Assembly (NCBI GenBank): GCA_051652765.1
Contig: JBOFUV010000077.1
Coordinates: 1-41,940 of the forward strand
From: Microcoleaceae cyanobacterium
GTDB taxonomy: Bacteria; Cyanobacteriota; Cyanobacteriia; Cyanobacteriales; Microcoleaceae
Length of the DNA stretch: 41,940 nucleotides
Reading direction: 5' to 3'
Numbering within the stretch: position 1 is the first letter of the stretch; each line of letters starts with the position of its first letter. The position numbers and the translations under genes were made by a program. Below are positions 1 to 10,322 of the stretch, piece by piece. The notes under the pieces were generated by a model that worked only from the letters and a program-made list of their open reading frames with translations, had not been told where the DNA came from and made no database searches.

Positions 1-132
1 AAACACGCTCGCTAGAGTCGATAGTTTGACCTGGCGAAAGCTTTGGATCATCAATATCAACAGTTGAACTGTTAGGTACTGCTTCTCGTTCAGGTGCTTT
101 TCCAGGACTCTGTGATAGGATTGAGGTAACAT
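1..132 (-). CDS. IS4-family transposase, N-terminal 44 aa (runs off window edge; not in ORF track)
   Basis: Manual translation from ATG at 132: MLPQSYHRVLEKHLNEKQYLTVQLLILMIQSFRQVKLSTLASVF, open to position 1. Resembles the MLP-x-x-Y...Y-L-T...Q-V-K/R-L N-terminus of cyanobacterial IS4 transposases. Confidence 0.8.
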   Translation of the reverse strand, partial: MLPQSYHRVLEKHLNEKQYLTVQLLILMIQSFRQVKLSTLASVF

Positions 133-235
133 TTTTTGAATTTTGGGTGGTCATCAACCACCCTATTCTTTTTTGGGTGCTTTTGGCTAGACCTTCCTCT
201 GGCACAGCTTTTTAACACCCTTGTCACCTTTTAAG
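1..235 (-). mobile_element. Upstream end of an IS4-family insertion sequence
   Basis: Transposase start at 132, a GGGTGGT-N5-ACCACCC hairpin at 145-163, and a candidate terminal repeat CTTGTCACCTTTTAAG at 220-235 resembling recalled cyanobacterial IS4 ends. The partner end is outside the window. Confidence 0.6.
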
Positions 236-318
236 GAACCTTGTCTACAAGAAAAGTGATCTGTCAATGATTTCTATCAAGGTTTTATCAAAAATTTACT
301 TTCCTTAATTTATTCTCC

Positions 319-1167
319 TTAACCTTTTACTCCAGTTGCCGCATCTGTTGGCACCAGATAACGTTGCAACAGCAGAAACAGGAACAAGACAGGAATGATT
401 GAGATCACTGAACCCGCTGCCACCAAACGCCAATCCAGAGAAAACGTTCCGGCGAGTTTGGCCACGCCTAAGGGCAAGGTGTAATATTCTGGCTGATCCA
501 GAATCAGTAACGGCCAGAGAAAGTCACTCCAAGAGCCAATAAACACAAAAATTCCTAGGGTGATTAACGCGGGTCGTACCGCTGGCAACATCACATGCCA
601 CCAAATTCCCAGCTCAGAACAGCCATCCATCCGGGCCGCTTCTTCCAACTCCTTAGGAACGCCCTGAAAAGCTTGACGCAGCAGAAAAATCCCAAAGGCA
701 GAGGCCAAACTCGGCAAAATCAATCCGAAGTAGCTATTTCTCAGCCCCAGTTGAACCGCAAGTACATACAGGGGAATCATCACAATTTGGAAGGGAATCA
801 TAATCGTGGCAATCATTCCCGTAAAAATCCACTCCCGCCCCTGAAAGTTGAGTCGTGCTAGGGGATAGGCGGCCAGGGAACAAAACAGTAAATTACATCC
901 GACGGTTAACCCCGCAACCAAAGTACTATTCCAGAGGTAGCGCCCGAAAGGGTTCGTTTGCCAAACTTTCACAAAGTTCTCAATCGTGGGTTTAGCCGGA
1001 ATCAGTTGCGGCGGAAACTGAAAAATATTTTCTGTAGGGGACTTAAATGCTGTACTCACCAGCCACAGTAACGGAAACAGCATCAGCAGAGCGATCGCAC
1101 TCAGCAACCCATAGGTTAATCCAGCGTTTAAAATCGGTTGAGCTTTCAATCGTTTCATTGTGATCAT
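319..1167 (-). CDS. Carbohydrate ABC transporter permease (MalG/LacG-type)
   Basis: Multiple TM segments; EAA loop ELEEAARMDGCS; FIGSWSDFLWPL motif. Confidence 0.93.
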   Translation of the reverse strand: MITMKRLKAQPILNAGLTYGLLSAIALLMLFPLLWLVSTAFKSPTENIFQFPPQLIPAKPTIENFVKVWQTNPFGRYLWNSTLVAGLTVGCNLLFCSLAAYPLARLNFQGREWIFTGMIATIMIPFQIVMIPLYVLAVQLGLRNSYFGLILPSLASAFGIFLLRQAFQGVPKELEEAARMDGCSELGIWWHVMLPAVRPALITLGIFVFIGSWSDFLWPLLILDQPEYYTLPLGVAKLAGTFSLDWRLVAAGSVISIIPVLFLFLLLQRYLVPTDAATGVKG

Positions 1168-1287
1168 CCATATTGCAATCCGATTTGAATTGTAAATGTG
1201 GAGTGGGCATCTTGCCCGCGCAGACTAGAAGCCTGCTCCACAGACATCTGACAAATAATTTAGGACTGTTATGAACGTTAATCAAGC

Positions 1288-1845
1288 TCAAATCCAAACA
1301 AACTGCTCCTCCGTACAAATCCCCGTCATCGGCTGATCCCAAGGTTCGGTTGGAAGTTCCGCTACATACGCAAACTCAAAAACAATCCCAAGGGTTGGCA
1401 CAGACCGCCACTCCGGTAGACTCAACATTCTGTCATAAAATCCACCTCCATACCCTAACCGATAGCCTCGGCGATCGCAGGCAACCGCTGGAACGAGAAC
1501 TAAATCCACAGTTGCCGGAGTGAGAACGGGAGCTGAAGCCCTCGGTTCTAAAATACCAAAGGCTCCTGATTCCAATCCTTCTCCGGGTTGCCAATGATGC
1601 CAGTCTAAAGACTGACCAACACAGCGAGGCAGTCCCCAGCGTTTCAGGGATCTTTGCCACAAAAAATGGAGATTTGGCTCCTGACGAAAACTGACGTAGG
1701 CCAAGACTGTCTTAGCGTTCTGAAAGAGGGTTGAGTGCTCTAGGTGATGACAGAGGCGATCGCTCTTCGCATCCCACGCTTGAGTCGATAAAGCTCGACG
1801 TACCTTGAGCAAAGAACGCCGCAAATTTGCCTTCTCATCAATCAT
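1288..1845 (-). CDS. 5-formyltetrahydrofolate cyclo-ligase
   Basis: EKANLRR N-terminus; DLVLVPAVACDRRGYRLGYGGGFYDR signature; C-terminal E-P-W-D...TE. Confidence 0.95.
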   Translation of the reverse strand: MIDEKANLRRSLLKVRRALSTQAWDAKSDRLCHHLEHSTLFQNAKTVLAYVSFRQEPNLHFLWQRSLKRWGLPRCVGQSLDWHHWQPGEGLESGAFGILEPRASAPVLTPATVDLVLVPAVACDRRGYRLGYGGGFYDRMLSLPEWRSVPTLGIVFEFAYVAELPTEPWDQPMTGICTEEQFVWI

Positions 1846-1864
1846 TCGTGATTGCTATACGAAA

Positions 1865-2983
1865 CTATTCATTACCAATAATGTGCAAGTCTATATCTTT
1901 TAAATGTTGCATGAGATGCTGAACGGTAGAACCCTGTAATAGCAACCGCCAGCGCGATCGCTGAGTCTGTCCGATCACAACTTGAGTAATATGATGCTGA
2001 TGGGCAACAGTGGAAATTGCCCGAGCAATGTTTGAATCAGCAACCCGAATGAATTCACCCCCTAATTCTTTACAAAGGTTTTCACACATTTCCACATAAA
2101 GTGCTTCTTCCTTGGTGAGAAAAGAATCGGGATGATCAACAAACAGCACATAGAGCCGAGCCTTCATTTGACTGGCCAATCTAGCGCCCCGTCGTAGGAG
2201 TCGGGCTGAATAGGGGTTCGTTGAAAGGCAAGCTAAGACCCGTTCTTGAATACTACAAAAGTGTCCATTTGCCCCATTTGAATCATTGGTTTCTTCAAGA
2301 TTATCAGCGACTTCTCGGAGGGCAAGCTCTCGAAGGGCAACTAAGTTTCGCCGTTGAAAAAAGTTTTGGAGGGATTGTTCAATTTTTTCTGGGGCGTAGA
2401 TTTTGCCCTCTGACAATCGTTCTTGCAGGGTTTCCGGTGTGACATCTACAACAATGACTTCATCCGCTTCTTCGAGTAATCGGTCAGGAATTCTTTCCCT
2501 GACTACAACGCCAGTAATTTTAGTAACTAGATCATTTAAGCTTTCAAAATGCTGAATATTAACCGTGGAAAATACATCAATTCCAGCATTGCGTAAGATT
2601 TCAACATCTTGATAACGTTTTTCTCGCACTGAGCCTGGAATATTGGTGTGGGCAAGTTCATCAACGAGTACCAACTGAGGCTGACGCTTGATAATCGCCT
2701 CTACATTTAGCTCCCTAAGAACTTTACCCTGATAGAGAATCTCTAACAGGGGAATCCGTTCCAAGCTCTGTAACTGTTCTGCGGTTCCTTCACGGCCATG
2801 GGTTTCTAGCACACCAATCACAACATCAACGCCTTCTTTTTTCAAGGCATTGGCTTCTTGCAACATGCGATAGGTTTTCCCAACCCCAGGGGCCATGCCA
2901 ATGTAGATTCGGTGTTGACCTGCCTGAGTTTGACGCTTGATTTCGGTTGCAACGGGGTTAATCAACTCATGACCATTGATCAT
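1865..2983 (-). CDS. kdpD: Truncated KdpD (KdpD N-terminal domain + USP domain; no TM or kinase)
   Basis: YIGMAPGVGKTY Walker A, LVDELAHTN, STVNIQHFESLND, LRELALR motifs, then USP-like C-terminus; follows kdpC. Confidence 0.92.
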   Translation of the reverse strand: MINGHELINPVATEIKRQTQAGQHRIYIGMAPGVGKTYRMLQEANALKKEGVDVVIGVLETHGREGTAEQLQSLERIPLLEILYQGKVLRELNVEAIIKRQPQLVLVDELAHTNIPGSVREKRYQDVEILRNAGIDVFSTVNIQHFESLNDLVTKITGVVVRERIPDRLLEEADEVIVVDVTPETLQERLSEGKIYAPEKIEQSLQNFFQRRNLVALRELALREVADNLEETNDSNGANGHFCSIQERVLACLSTNPYSARLLRRGARLASQMKARLYVLFVDHPDSFLTKEEALYVEMCENLCKELGGEFIRVADSNIARAISTVAHQHHITQVVIGQTQRSRWRLLLQGSTVQHLMQHLKDIDLHIIGNE

Positions 2984-3064
2984 AAAATGATAGAAAAGTT
3001 TAGGTTTGTTAATCTTAGATTCTATTTTAGAGGAAGATGTTTAGGGAGTTACGAACCCTACGAC

Positions 3065-3110
3065 TTGAGTTGCTAAACCTGAGATAGATATTTTAGGTTT
3101 AGCAACTCAA
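3065..3110. repeat. Perfect 16-bp inverted repeat between kdpC and kdpD
   Basis: TTGAGTTGCTAAACCT (3065-3080), 14-nt spacer, AGGTTTAGCAACTCAA (3095-3110). Confidence 0.85.
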
Positions 3111-3291
3111 ACCTTTGATGACAGATGTTTTGACTGGTTTGAACCCGTTCTCTACACCCTACTTCTGGCCTCTCATTTCATTGGAGTATTCATCTGAAAA
3201 TTACTTGAAAATTACTGTCGGGGCAAGGCACCCCTGCTCCACAGAAGTAGCGCTGCCCTAACTCCTAGCCATTACAATTCTTGATAACCCC

Positions 3292-3879
3292 TTAAGCTGG
3301 GGGATTTTGCAGAGCATCAACGGCGAGATTCAACTTCAGGACATTCACTCCGGGCTCTCCAAAAATTCCCAGAAAGCGCCTTTCAGTGTTTTTAACAATC
3401 AACAATTCAAGTTGATTGGGGTCAAGGGAGCGAGTGGTTGCTATCCGTTGTATTTGGGCCTGAGCTGCCTCCGGACTAATGTGGGGATCTAGTCCTGAGC
3501 CGGAGCTATAAACTAAATCTGCCTGGGGCTGAATTCCAGCTTGTTTGAGTTTAGCAACGGTTTCCTGTACCCGCTCCAGCAAGGCAGGATTATTTGGGGC
3601 GAGATTGCTAGCACCAGAGAGTCCGGTGGGTTGAGCATCGGCTCCTTCACTGTAGTTCACTGCGCTGGGACGGGAACGAAAGTATTGAGGAGAGGTAAAG
3701 GTTTGGCCAATTAGGGCAGAACCAACAATCTGTCCTTGAGAATTTGTGATTAGACTACCATTGGCTTGATTTGAAAACATCACCTGACCCAAAAATATCA
3801 TGAAAAATGGATAAACCAGAGCCGTTAAAACCCACAACGCTAGGGTGCTACGAAATCCAACAATCAATTCGCGAAGCAT
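3292..3879 (-). CDS. kdpC: K+-transporting ATPase subunit C
   Basis: QANGSL, GSALIGQ, YFRSRPSA, SGASNL, SGSGLDPHIS, VNVLKLNLA motifs. Confidence 0.97.
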   Translation of the reverse strand: MLRELIVGFRSTLALWVLTALVYPFFMIFLGQVMFSNQANGSLITNSQGQIVGSALIGQTFTSPQYFRSRPSAVNYSEGADAQPTGLSGASNLAPNNPALLERVQETVAKLKQAGIQPQADLVYSSGSGLDPHISPEAAQAQIQRIATTRSLDPNQLELLIVKNTERRFLGIFGEPGVNVLKLNLAVDALQNPPA

Positions 3880-3920
3880 AGTTTTTTTCCTGCTAAGTTT
3901 TTTGCTAACTAAGTTTTTTG

Positions 3921-4187
3921 CTAGAAGCGTTCGGGTTGAAAGATGACAACAAAGAGATAAACTGACAACGCTACCACAACTAACAAAAGAATTCCCAAAG
4001 CATAGGCGGCTTTTCGAGTCAAATCTTCTCCGGTGGCGGCATAGATCACCGGAGCAATCACTAAGTTAAAGCACAGGGAAAAGAACAAGGCAAAAGCCAT
4101 TGGGTTAAAGCGTTTCTGCTGCTGTAAGGGTTGAATCAGTTGATTCCAGGTAAGGGATAGAGAGGAGGTAATTGTTGTGAGTTTCAT
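3921..4187 (-). CDS. kdpG: KdpG / extended KdpF-like small membrane subunit
   Basis: Two hydrophobic helices ending YLFVVIFQPERF (KdpF-like PERF C-terminus); lies between kdpB and kdpC. ATG at 4187 preferred over TTG at 4223. Confidence 0.8.
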   Translation of the reverse strand: MKLTTITSSLSLTWNQLIQPLQQQKRFNPMAFALFFSLCFNLVIAPVIYAATGEDLTRKAAYALGILLLVVVALSVYLFVVIFQPERF

Positions 4188-4223
4188 CGTGTATTTTTTG
4201 TCGGTGTATTTTTTGCAAACCAA

Positions 4224-6329
4224 CTAGGCTAATCCGATTGCTGAAATGGCTACATCAATAATTTTGATGCCAATAAATGGGGCAATAATTCCCCCCAAAC
4301 CGTAAATTAAGATATTGCGTCGCAGTAATTGATTGGCCGTTAAAGGTCTAAATTCCACCCCTTTTAAAGCCAAAGGAATCAACATTGGAATAATGATCGC
4401 ATTGTAAATTAATGCGGAGAGAATCGCCGATTGGCTACTCACTAAACCCATCACATTCAGGCTCCCAATCCCAGCGGCGGCAAACATCGCCGGAATAATT
4501 GCAAAATATTTGGCAATATCATTGGCAAGGGAAAAGGTGGTTAATGCGCCTCGGGTAATCAATAACTGCTTCCCAATGGTGACTAGGTCAATTAACTTTG
4601 TCGGATCAGAATCCAAGTCAACCATGTTGGCTGCTTCTTTTGCCGCTTGAGTCCCGGAGTTCATGGCTACCCCGACATTCGCTTGAGCAAGAGCGGGAGC
4701 ATCGTTGGTGCCGTCTCCAGTCATCGCCACTAATTTACCTTTGGCCTGTTCTTGCTGAATCACGGCAATCTTATCTTCTGGAGTCGCTTCAGCAATGAAG
4801 TCGTCAACCCCCGCTTCCTTGGCAATCACCGATGCCGTAATGCGGTTGTCCCCAGTGAGCATGACGCTCCGCACCCCCATCCGACGCAGTTGGTCAAACC
4901 GTTCTCGGATGCCGGGTTTGATAATATCCTTCAGGTAAATCACCCCATAGACTTCACTATCCAAGGCAACCGCTAGGGGAGTGCCTCCCAATTGAGAGAC
5001 CCGTTCGTAGGCAGCAGTTAAATCAGGATTGAAGTTTCCTCCCCGTGAACGGACGAATCCTTTAATTGCATCGACTGCTCCTTTCCGGGCTTTAACTCCG
5101 TTGGGCAAATCCGTGCCACTCATGCGGGTTCTAGCGGAAAATTCGAGACCCTCAGCTTGATCTAGATCAAAGTCCACAGAGGCTCCTAGTGTTTTCGCCA
5201 ACTTCACAATGGATTTTCCTTCAGGGGTTTCATCAAATACGCTGGCAGCCAAGGCCGCTTCCGCGAGTTTTGCTGCTGGGTGACCGTTCACTGGGATAAA
5301 CTCCTCTGCCAATCGATTCCCTAAGGTAATCGTTCCAGTTTTGTCCAAAACTAGGGTGTTAATATCACCGCAGGCTTCTACCGCCCGTCCTGAAGTGGCG
5401 ACCACGTTGAACTGAGCTACCCGATCCATCCCAGCAATCCCAATGGCACTGAGCAACCCGCCAATCGTTGTTGGAATCAAAGCTACCAGCAAGGCAATTA
5501 ACGTCACCACACCGACGGGGCTTCCGACATAGTTGGCAATGGGAGGAATCGTCGCAACAACCACTAGAAACACTTGGGTCAATACGGCTAGCAACACCGT
5601 CAGGGCAATTTCATTCGGGGTTTTCGTCCGTTCTGCTCCTTCTACCAAAGCAATCATCCGCTCTAGAAATCCCTTACCGGGATCGGCAGTCACTTTGATC
5701 ACCAGTTCATCCGAGATAATTCGAGTCCCCCCAGTAACAGAGCTAGCTACGTCTGACCCAGGTTCCTTCAAAACAGGAGCAGATTCTCCTGTAATGGCCG
5801 ATTCATCGACGGAGGCAACCCCTGCCAACACTTCCCCATCGGCTGGAATAATATCCCCAGAGACTACCTTAATGCGATCGCCCTTTTGCAGTTGAGTTGA
5901 ACTGACTTCTTCTACTTGATCGTCTGCCAGCAGTCGGCGGGCAATGGTATCAGCTTTAGTACTGCGTAAAGAATCAGCCTGAGCCTTCCCTCGGCCCTCG
6001 GCGATCGCCTCAGCAAAGTTGGCAAATAGCAGGGTGAGGAACAAAATCACCGTGACTAGACCATTGAACACTCGCTGATTGTCCCCAGGGGCAGTGCCGA
6101 ATAGGTTTGGGTCAAGGGTGAGCAGGGCAGTAATGATCGTTCCCACCCAGACCACAAACATGACCGGGTTTTTCAGCATCACCCTGGGATGCAGTTTGGC
6201 AAAAGCATCCCGAAAAGCCCGCTGATAAAGTCCCTGGAAACTCACCTGTTGTTGTTTCTTCTGCTGCCGATGTTGGGAACGTTCAGCTTTGTAGGGTTGT
6301 TTACGAGAAGATGGAGGTTGTCTATTCAT
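4224..6329 (-). CDS. kdpB: K+-transporting P-type ATPase subunit B
   Basis: TGES, DKTGT phosphorylation motif, [23 protein letters not shown]. Confidence 0.98.
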   Translation of the reverse strand: MNRQPPSSRKQPYKAERSQHRQQKKQQQVSFQGLYQRAFRDAFAKLHPRVMLKNPVMFVVWVGTIITALLTLDPNLFGTAPGDNQRVFNGLVTVILFLTLLFANFAEAIAEGRGKAQADSLRSTKADTIARRLLADDQVEEVSSTQLQKGDRIKVVSGDIIPADGEVLAGVASVDESAITGESAPVLKEPGSDVASSVTGGTRIISDELVIKVTADPGKGFLERMIALVEGAERTKTPNEIALTVLLAVLTQVFLVVVATIPPIANYVGSPVGVVTLIALLVALIPTTIGGLLSAIGIAGMDRVAQFNVVATSGRAVEACGDINTLVLDKTGTITLGNRLAEEFIPVNGHPAAKLAEAALAASVFDETPEGKSIVKLAKTLGASVDFDLDQAEGLEFSARTRMSGTDLPNGVKARKGAVDAIKGFVRSRGGNFNPDLTAAYERVSQLGGTPLAVALDSEVYGVIYLKDIIKPGIRERFDQLRRMGVRSVMLTGDNRITASVIAKEAGVDDFIAEATPEDKIAVIQQEQAKGKLVAMTGDGTNDAPALAQANVGVAMNSGTQAAKEAANMVDLDSDPTKLIDLVTIGKQLLITRGALTTFSLANDIAKYFAIIPAMFAAAGIGSLNVMGLVSSQSAILSALIYNAIIIPMLIPLALKGVEFRPLTANQLLRRNILIYGLGGIIAPFIGIKIIDVAISAIGLA

Positions 6330-6366
6330 GACAGGGCATTAGTTAACTGAATTGATGAAAATATAA

Positions 6367-6420
6367 AATCCTGAACTTAGTCTTGAACTTAATCCTGAAC
6401 TTAATCCTGAACCTAATCTT
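6367..6420. repeat. 12-bp tandem repeat, about 4.5 copies, in kdpA-kdpB spacer
   Basis: AATCCTGAACTT / AGTCTTGAACTT / AATCCTGAACTT / AATCCTGAACCT / AATCTT. Confidence 0.85.
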
Positions 6421-6481
6421 GTGGAGTAGCTGGGATGAAGTTGGGCAAACTGTGCGAGTCAGGCAAGAGACCTAATCCACT

Positions 6482-8167
6482 TCACAATTTGGCGGCAATG
6501 TCAAAAGCTTCGGCGATGGGGCCAAGGGCTAGAATTGGTAAAAAGGTCAATGCCCCCAGAATTAGAATCACCCCTGCGGTTACCGTCGTAAACAGCCCCG
6601 TATCTGTCCGTAGCGTTCCCGTTGTTTCAGGCACAGGTTGTTTTTGGCGCATTCTATCAGCGAGTAACAGGAGAGCAATAATGGGTAAATAGCGACCGAG
6701 CAACAGCACAACGCTAGTACTGAGATTCCACCAGAGGGTGTTATCTCCCAATCCTTCAAACCCCGAACCATTGTTGGCAGCGGCAGAGGCATATTCATAA
6801 ACGACCTGAGACAGGCCGTGAAATCCGGGATTACTAATGCCAGCCAGACCCTCGGCAAATCCCAAAGTAATTGCACTCGGAATTAAAACTGCAAAGGGAT
6901 GTACCAACAAAATCACGCTGGCTAAAACAATCTCGGGCTTTTCGATCTTGCGGCCTAGAAACTCTGGGGTACGACCCACCATGAGTCCAGTCAGAAACAC
7001 GGTCAAAATCAGGAATACAAAAATGTAAGCTGTTCCCGTCCCCTGACCGCCCCAAACCACTTGTAAGAACAGATTAAACAGCGTTGAAAACCCGCCCGGT
7101 GGCATCAAGGAATCGTGCATTCCATTCACAGCCCCGCACATAGTTCCGGTCGTTGTCACTGCCCAAAGGGCAGTCTGGGCCCAACCAAAGCGAATTTCCT
7201 TGCCTTCCAAATTGGCAGAGGCTTCGCCTGTTAGGGAGCTCACCAAGGGATTCCCTTCAAACTCCCCAATCGCCGTGATCGAAATCAGAGTCGCGTAAAT
7301 GATCAACACCATGCCAAAAATCAGCCATCCCTGTTTCTTGTTGTTAGCCATGCTCCCGTAGGTGTAGATCAAGGAAGCAGGAATAATCACCATCAAAATC
7401 GTTTCAACTAAATTGGTAAAAGCACTCGGATTTTCAAAAGGATGGGCTGAGTTGATCCCAAAAAAACCACCGCCATTTTCTCCCAACTGCTTGATCACTT
7501 CAAAATGAGCAACTGGCCCTCTGGCAATCGTTTGGGTTGCTCCTTCTAAAGTAGTTGCAGTTGCTGGCCCTGCTAAGGTTTCAGGAACGCCTGCAATCAT
7601 TAACAGAATTCCAAAAATTATTGAAATAGGCAACAAAATTCGGGTAATTGAGCGGGTTAAATCTACATAAAAATTTCCTAAAGATTGCCCTGTTAGCCCC
7701 CGAATAAAAGCAATGGCAACGGCCAATCCAGTGGCTGCTGAAGTGAACATCAAAAACCCTAAAGCCAACATCTGACTGGCATAACTGAATGTTGTTTCTC
7801 CAGAATAATGTTGCTGATCTGTATTAGTAACAAATGAGATCATGGTGTGGAGCGCCAAGTGCCAACTGGGGGATGAAAGTTCAGTTGGGTTCAGGGGTAA
7901 ACTCCCTTGCAGCACAAAAACTGCAAAGACAAAAATCCCCATCATTAAGTTACTAAACAGGACTGCCCTAGCATATGGCCATCCGGTCATTTCCCGTTGA
8001 ACTCGAACACCACTGGCTCCATAAATTACCTTTTCCAAAGGAAGGAAAACAGAATCGAGAGCCGTGACTTGACTGGAATAAACCTTGACAATGTAACCGC
8101 CAAAGAGAGGGGAAAGAATGACCAAAATTAACAAGGTCAGGACTATTTGAAAAAATTCTTCTATCAT
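6482..8167 (-). CDS. kdpA: K+-transporting ATPase subunit A
   Basis: [56 protein letters not shown] motifs. Confidence 0.98.
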   Translation of the reverse strand: MIEEFFQIVLTLLILVILSPLFGGYIVKVYSSQVTALDSVFLPLEKVIYGASGVRVQREMTGWPYARAVLFSNLMMGIFVFAVFVLQGSLPLNPTELSSPSWHLALHTMISFVTNTDQQHYSGETTFSYASQMLALGFLMFTSAATGLAVAIAFIRGLTGQSLGNFYVDLTRSITRILLPISIIFGILLMIAGVPETLAGPATATTLEGATQTIARGPVAHFEVIKQLGENGGGFFGINSAHPFENPSAFTNLVETILMVIIPASLIYTYGSMANNKKQGWLIFGMVLIIYATLISITAIGEFEGNPLVSSLTGEASANLEGKEIRFGWAQTALWAVTTTGTMCGAVNGMHDSLMPPGGFSTLFNLFLQVVWGGQGTGTAYIFVFLILTVFLTGLMVGRTPEFLGRKIEKPEIVLASVILLVHPFAVLIPSAITLGFAEGLAGISNPGFHGLSQVVYEYASAAANNGSGFEGLGDNTLWWNLSTSVVLLLGRYLPIIALLLLADRMRQKQPVPETTGTLRTDTGLFTTVTAGVILILGALTFLPILALGPIAEAFDIAAKL

Positions 8168-8318
8168 CGTTGCGTGAATTTTTAGAAGTTTGACTAGAGA
8201 AAAATCTAACTTAGGACGTTCTAGGAATTTCTAGCCTGGGAATCACCCAGAATTATTGCTGATCCTCCATGTTTCGTAAATCCATCAACAGATATATAGC
8301 AATCAGTCATCATTGATG

Positions 8319-8355
8319 AATCCTCGTGGGAAGGGCTTTAGCCCCCATGAGGATT
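8319..8355. other. GC-rich hairpin in the divergent kdpA / kinase promoter region
   Basis: AATCCTCGTGG...GGGC-TTTA-GCCC-CCATGAGGATT; nested stem with one G-U pair and a small bulge. Confidence 0.6.
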
Positions 8356-8563
8356 TGATTTAACCAGGAGGATATTGAAATTGGATCGCCCTATGATATT
8401 CAGGACTATCTATACTTTGGGATATATGGCGATCATTAGGTTGGGGATTGATTGGGGTAGGCTAAGGTCAGTGCTATAAACCTCCACCATTGATTGAGTT
8501 AAGATGAGTTTGAGTTGGGCGATCGCTATCAAATTTATCCTCAACCCTGGCGCAGCTAAAAAA

Positions 8564-9661
8564 ATGACAAAACGCTCCTTACAAGCCTTGGCCAAACCTA
8601 GTTTTCGGTTTTATGGATTGCTCACCGCAATTTTTTTATTGACAATTCTGATGGAATATACAACGCCTTCTGCTTTTGTTTTTAGTTATCTCTACATTGG
8701 TGCGATCTTACTCGCCAACTACAAGTTGAGTCGTCAGTCTGTGATGCCGATTGCCCTGATAGCTGCTGCATTAACTCTCATTAATTTAGTTTTTCCCACT
8801 TCAAAAATTGATCAATTTTCTATCATTAGTAATCGAGTGATTGCATCAATTTCTCTGGTTATTACTGGATGGTTATGTGTTCGCAATCGAATTTATGAAG
8901 AACAAATTATCCTGCAACGGGCTCAGATTTATGCTCAAGAAAACCTCTCTAGAATTCGAGAAGATTTTGTTTCAACTTTGACCCATGATCTAAAAACTCC
9001 ATTGCTTGGTGCCATCGAAACTCTAAAATATTTTCAGTCGGGCCACTTTGGTTTGGTGACTCCAATGCAGCAAAAAGTTTTAGATATGATGTGTCGTTCC
9101 CATCAATCAACGCTCCAACTTGTAGAAACTGTCCTTGATATTTATCGAATTGATGCGGAAGGATTACAACTCCACTGGGAATCTGTCAATTTAACGACCT
9201 TGCTCGAAGAAATTGTCACAACTCTAACAGATTTAGCACAATCTCGTCGGGTTTATATTCGACTTTCTCACTCGCCGCCGGACACTCGGAAAAACCTTTG
9301 GATTAAAGGGGACTCCCTCCAACTCAAACGGGTATTTTTAAATCTCTTGAGTAATGCGATTAACCACTCTCCCCGAGGCAGTAGTGTAGAAATTATCCTG
9401 ACTTCAAAAGACAATCAACAATATGTTTCGATCTTGGATCAGGGGCTTGGAATTACTGATAGTGAACTGCCTCAAATTTTTGAACGATTTTATCAGGGAC
9501 ATAGCAACCGTCAGGCTAAAGGATCGGGTTTGGGGCTTTATCTCAGTCGTCAGATTGTTGAGGCACATGATGGTAAAATTTGGGCTAGAAATCGTTCTAC
9601 TGGAGGGGCGATTTTTGGTTGCTGCCTACCTGCCTGTTGGATAAATGCTGATGAGTCTTAA
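8564..9661 (+). CDS. Membrane sensor histidine kinase (about 4 TM + HisKA + HATPase), kdp-associated
   Basis: Hydrophobic N-terminus; H-box THDLKTPL; N-box NLLSNAINHS; G-boxes DQGLGI and GSGLGLY. Alternative ATG at 8504. Confidence 0.9.
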   Translation: MTKRSLQALAKPSFRFYGLLTAIFLLTILMEYTTPSAFVFSYLYIGAILLANYKLSRQSVMPIALIAAALTLINLVFPTSKIDQFSIISNRVIASISLVITGWLCVRNRIYEEQIILQRAQIYAQENLSRIREDFVSTLTHDLKTPLLGAIETLKYFQSGHFGLVTPMQQKVLDMMCRSHQSTLQLVETVLDIYRIDAEGLQLHWESVNLTTLLEEIVTTLTDLAQSRRVYIRLSHSPPDTRKNLWIKGDSLQLKRVFLNLLSNAINHSPRGSSVEIILTSKDNQQYVSILDQGLGITDSELPQIFERFYQGHSNRQAKGSGLGLYLSRQIVEAHDGKIWARNRSTGGAIFGCCLPACWINADES

Positions 9662-10316
9662 CGCTTCCCTACGGATTCTTCTAGTCGAAGATGATGAACT
9701 TTTTCGACTCGGGTTATCGACTCGTTTACAACGAGAATCAGGTTTTGAAATCGTTGCAGAAACAGGTGATGGAGATGTTGCCATTGAATTGACCAATCAA
9801 TACCGACCCGATGTGGTTTTACTCGATATTGGCTTGCCAGGAATTGGGGGTATTGAAGCTTGTGTACAGATTAAACAGCGACATCCTCATTTGGCTGTTT
9901 TAGTCCTGACTTCCCATTCGCAAAAACAACTGATTGAACGCTTGATTGCAGCCGGAGCCGATGGCTATTGCCTCAAAGGCATTGATGCGGAGAACCTAGT
10001 GCTGGCTTTGCGTTCAGTTGTTTCAGGGGCATCTTGGTGGGATCAGCGGAGCACAACGGAAATTCGGGCAGTGTTTGCCAGAAAATCGATAAATTCTGCC
10101 CCTCAACTTCAGCCATTAGAAACACCTTTAACCCACAGAGAACAAGAGGTTTTAGCTCTAATTGCCTGCGGCAAAGCCAACCAAGAAATTGCTCAAGAAC
10201 TATCAATTTCAGTCGGAACAGTGCGGGTTCATGTTCATGTGATTTTACAAAAACTAGATGTCCGCGATCGCACTCAAGCTGCAATTATTGCGATTCAGCG
10301 AGGCATAATCTCCTAG
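9645..10316 (+). CDS. NarL/FixJ-family response regulator
   Basis: REC domain (LVEDD, LLDIGLP, YCLK) plus LuxR HTH (LTHREQEVL...TVRVHV...DRTQA); overlaps the kinase stop. Confidence 0.93.
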   Translation: MLMSLNASLRILLVEDDELFRLGLSTRLQRESGFEIVAETGDGDVAIELTNQYRPDVVLLDIGLPGIGGIEACVQIKQRHPHLAVLVLTSHSQKQLIERLIAAGADGYCLKGIDAENLVLALRSVVSGASWWDQRSTTEIRAVFARKSINSAPQLQPLETPLTHREQEVLALIACGKANQEIAQELSISVGTVRVHVHVILQKLDVRDRTQAAIIAIQRGIIS

Positions 10317-10322
10317 AAAAGT

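Noticed and set aside
1846..1864. 6S RNA upstream of the 5-formyl-THF cyclo-ligase gene
   Set aside because: Only 19 bp separate it from kdpD.
3217..3262. REP-like hairpin after kdpC
   Set aside because: Only a 5-bp outer stem (GGGCA/TGCCC); too weak to call.
8168..8563. c-di-AMP (ydaO) riboswitch or kdpF upstream of kdpA
   Set aside because: No recognisable ydaO consensus blocks by eye; no hydrophobic PERF-type ORF on the minus strand.
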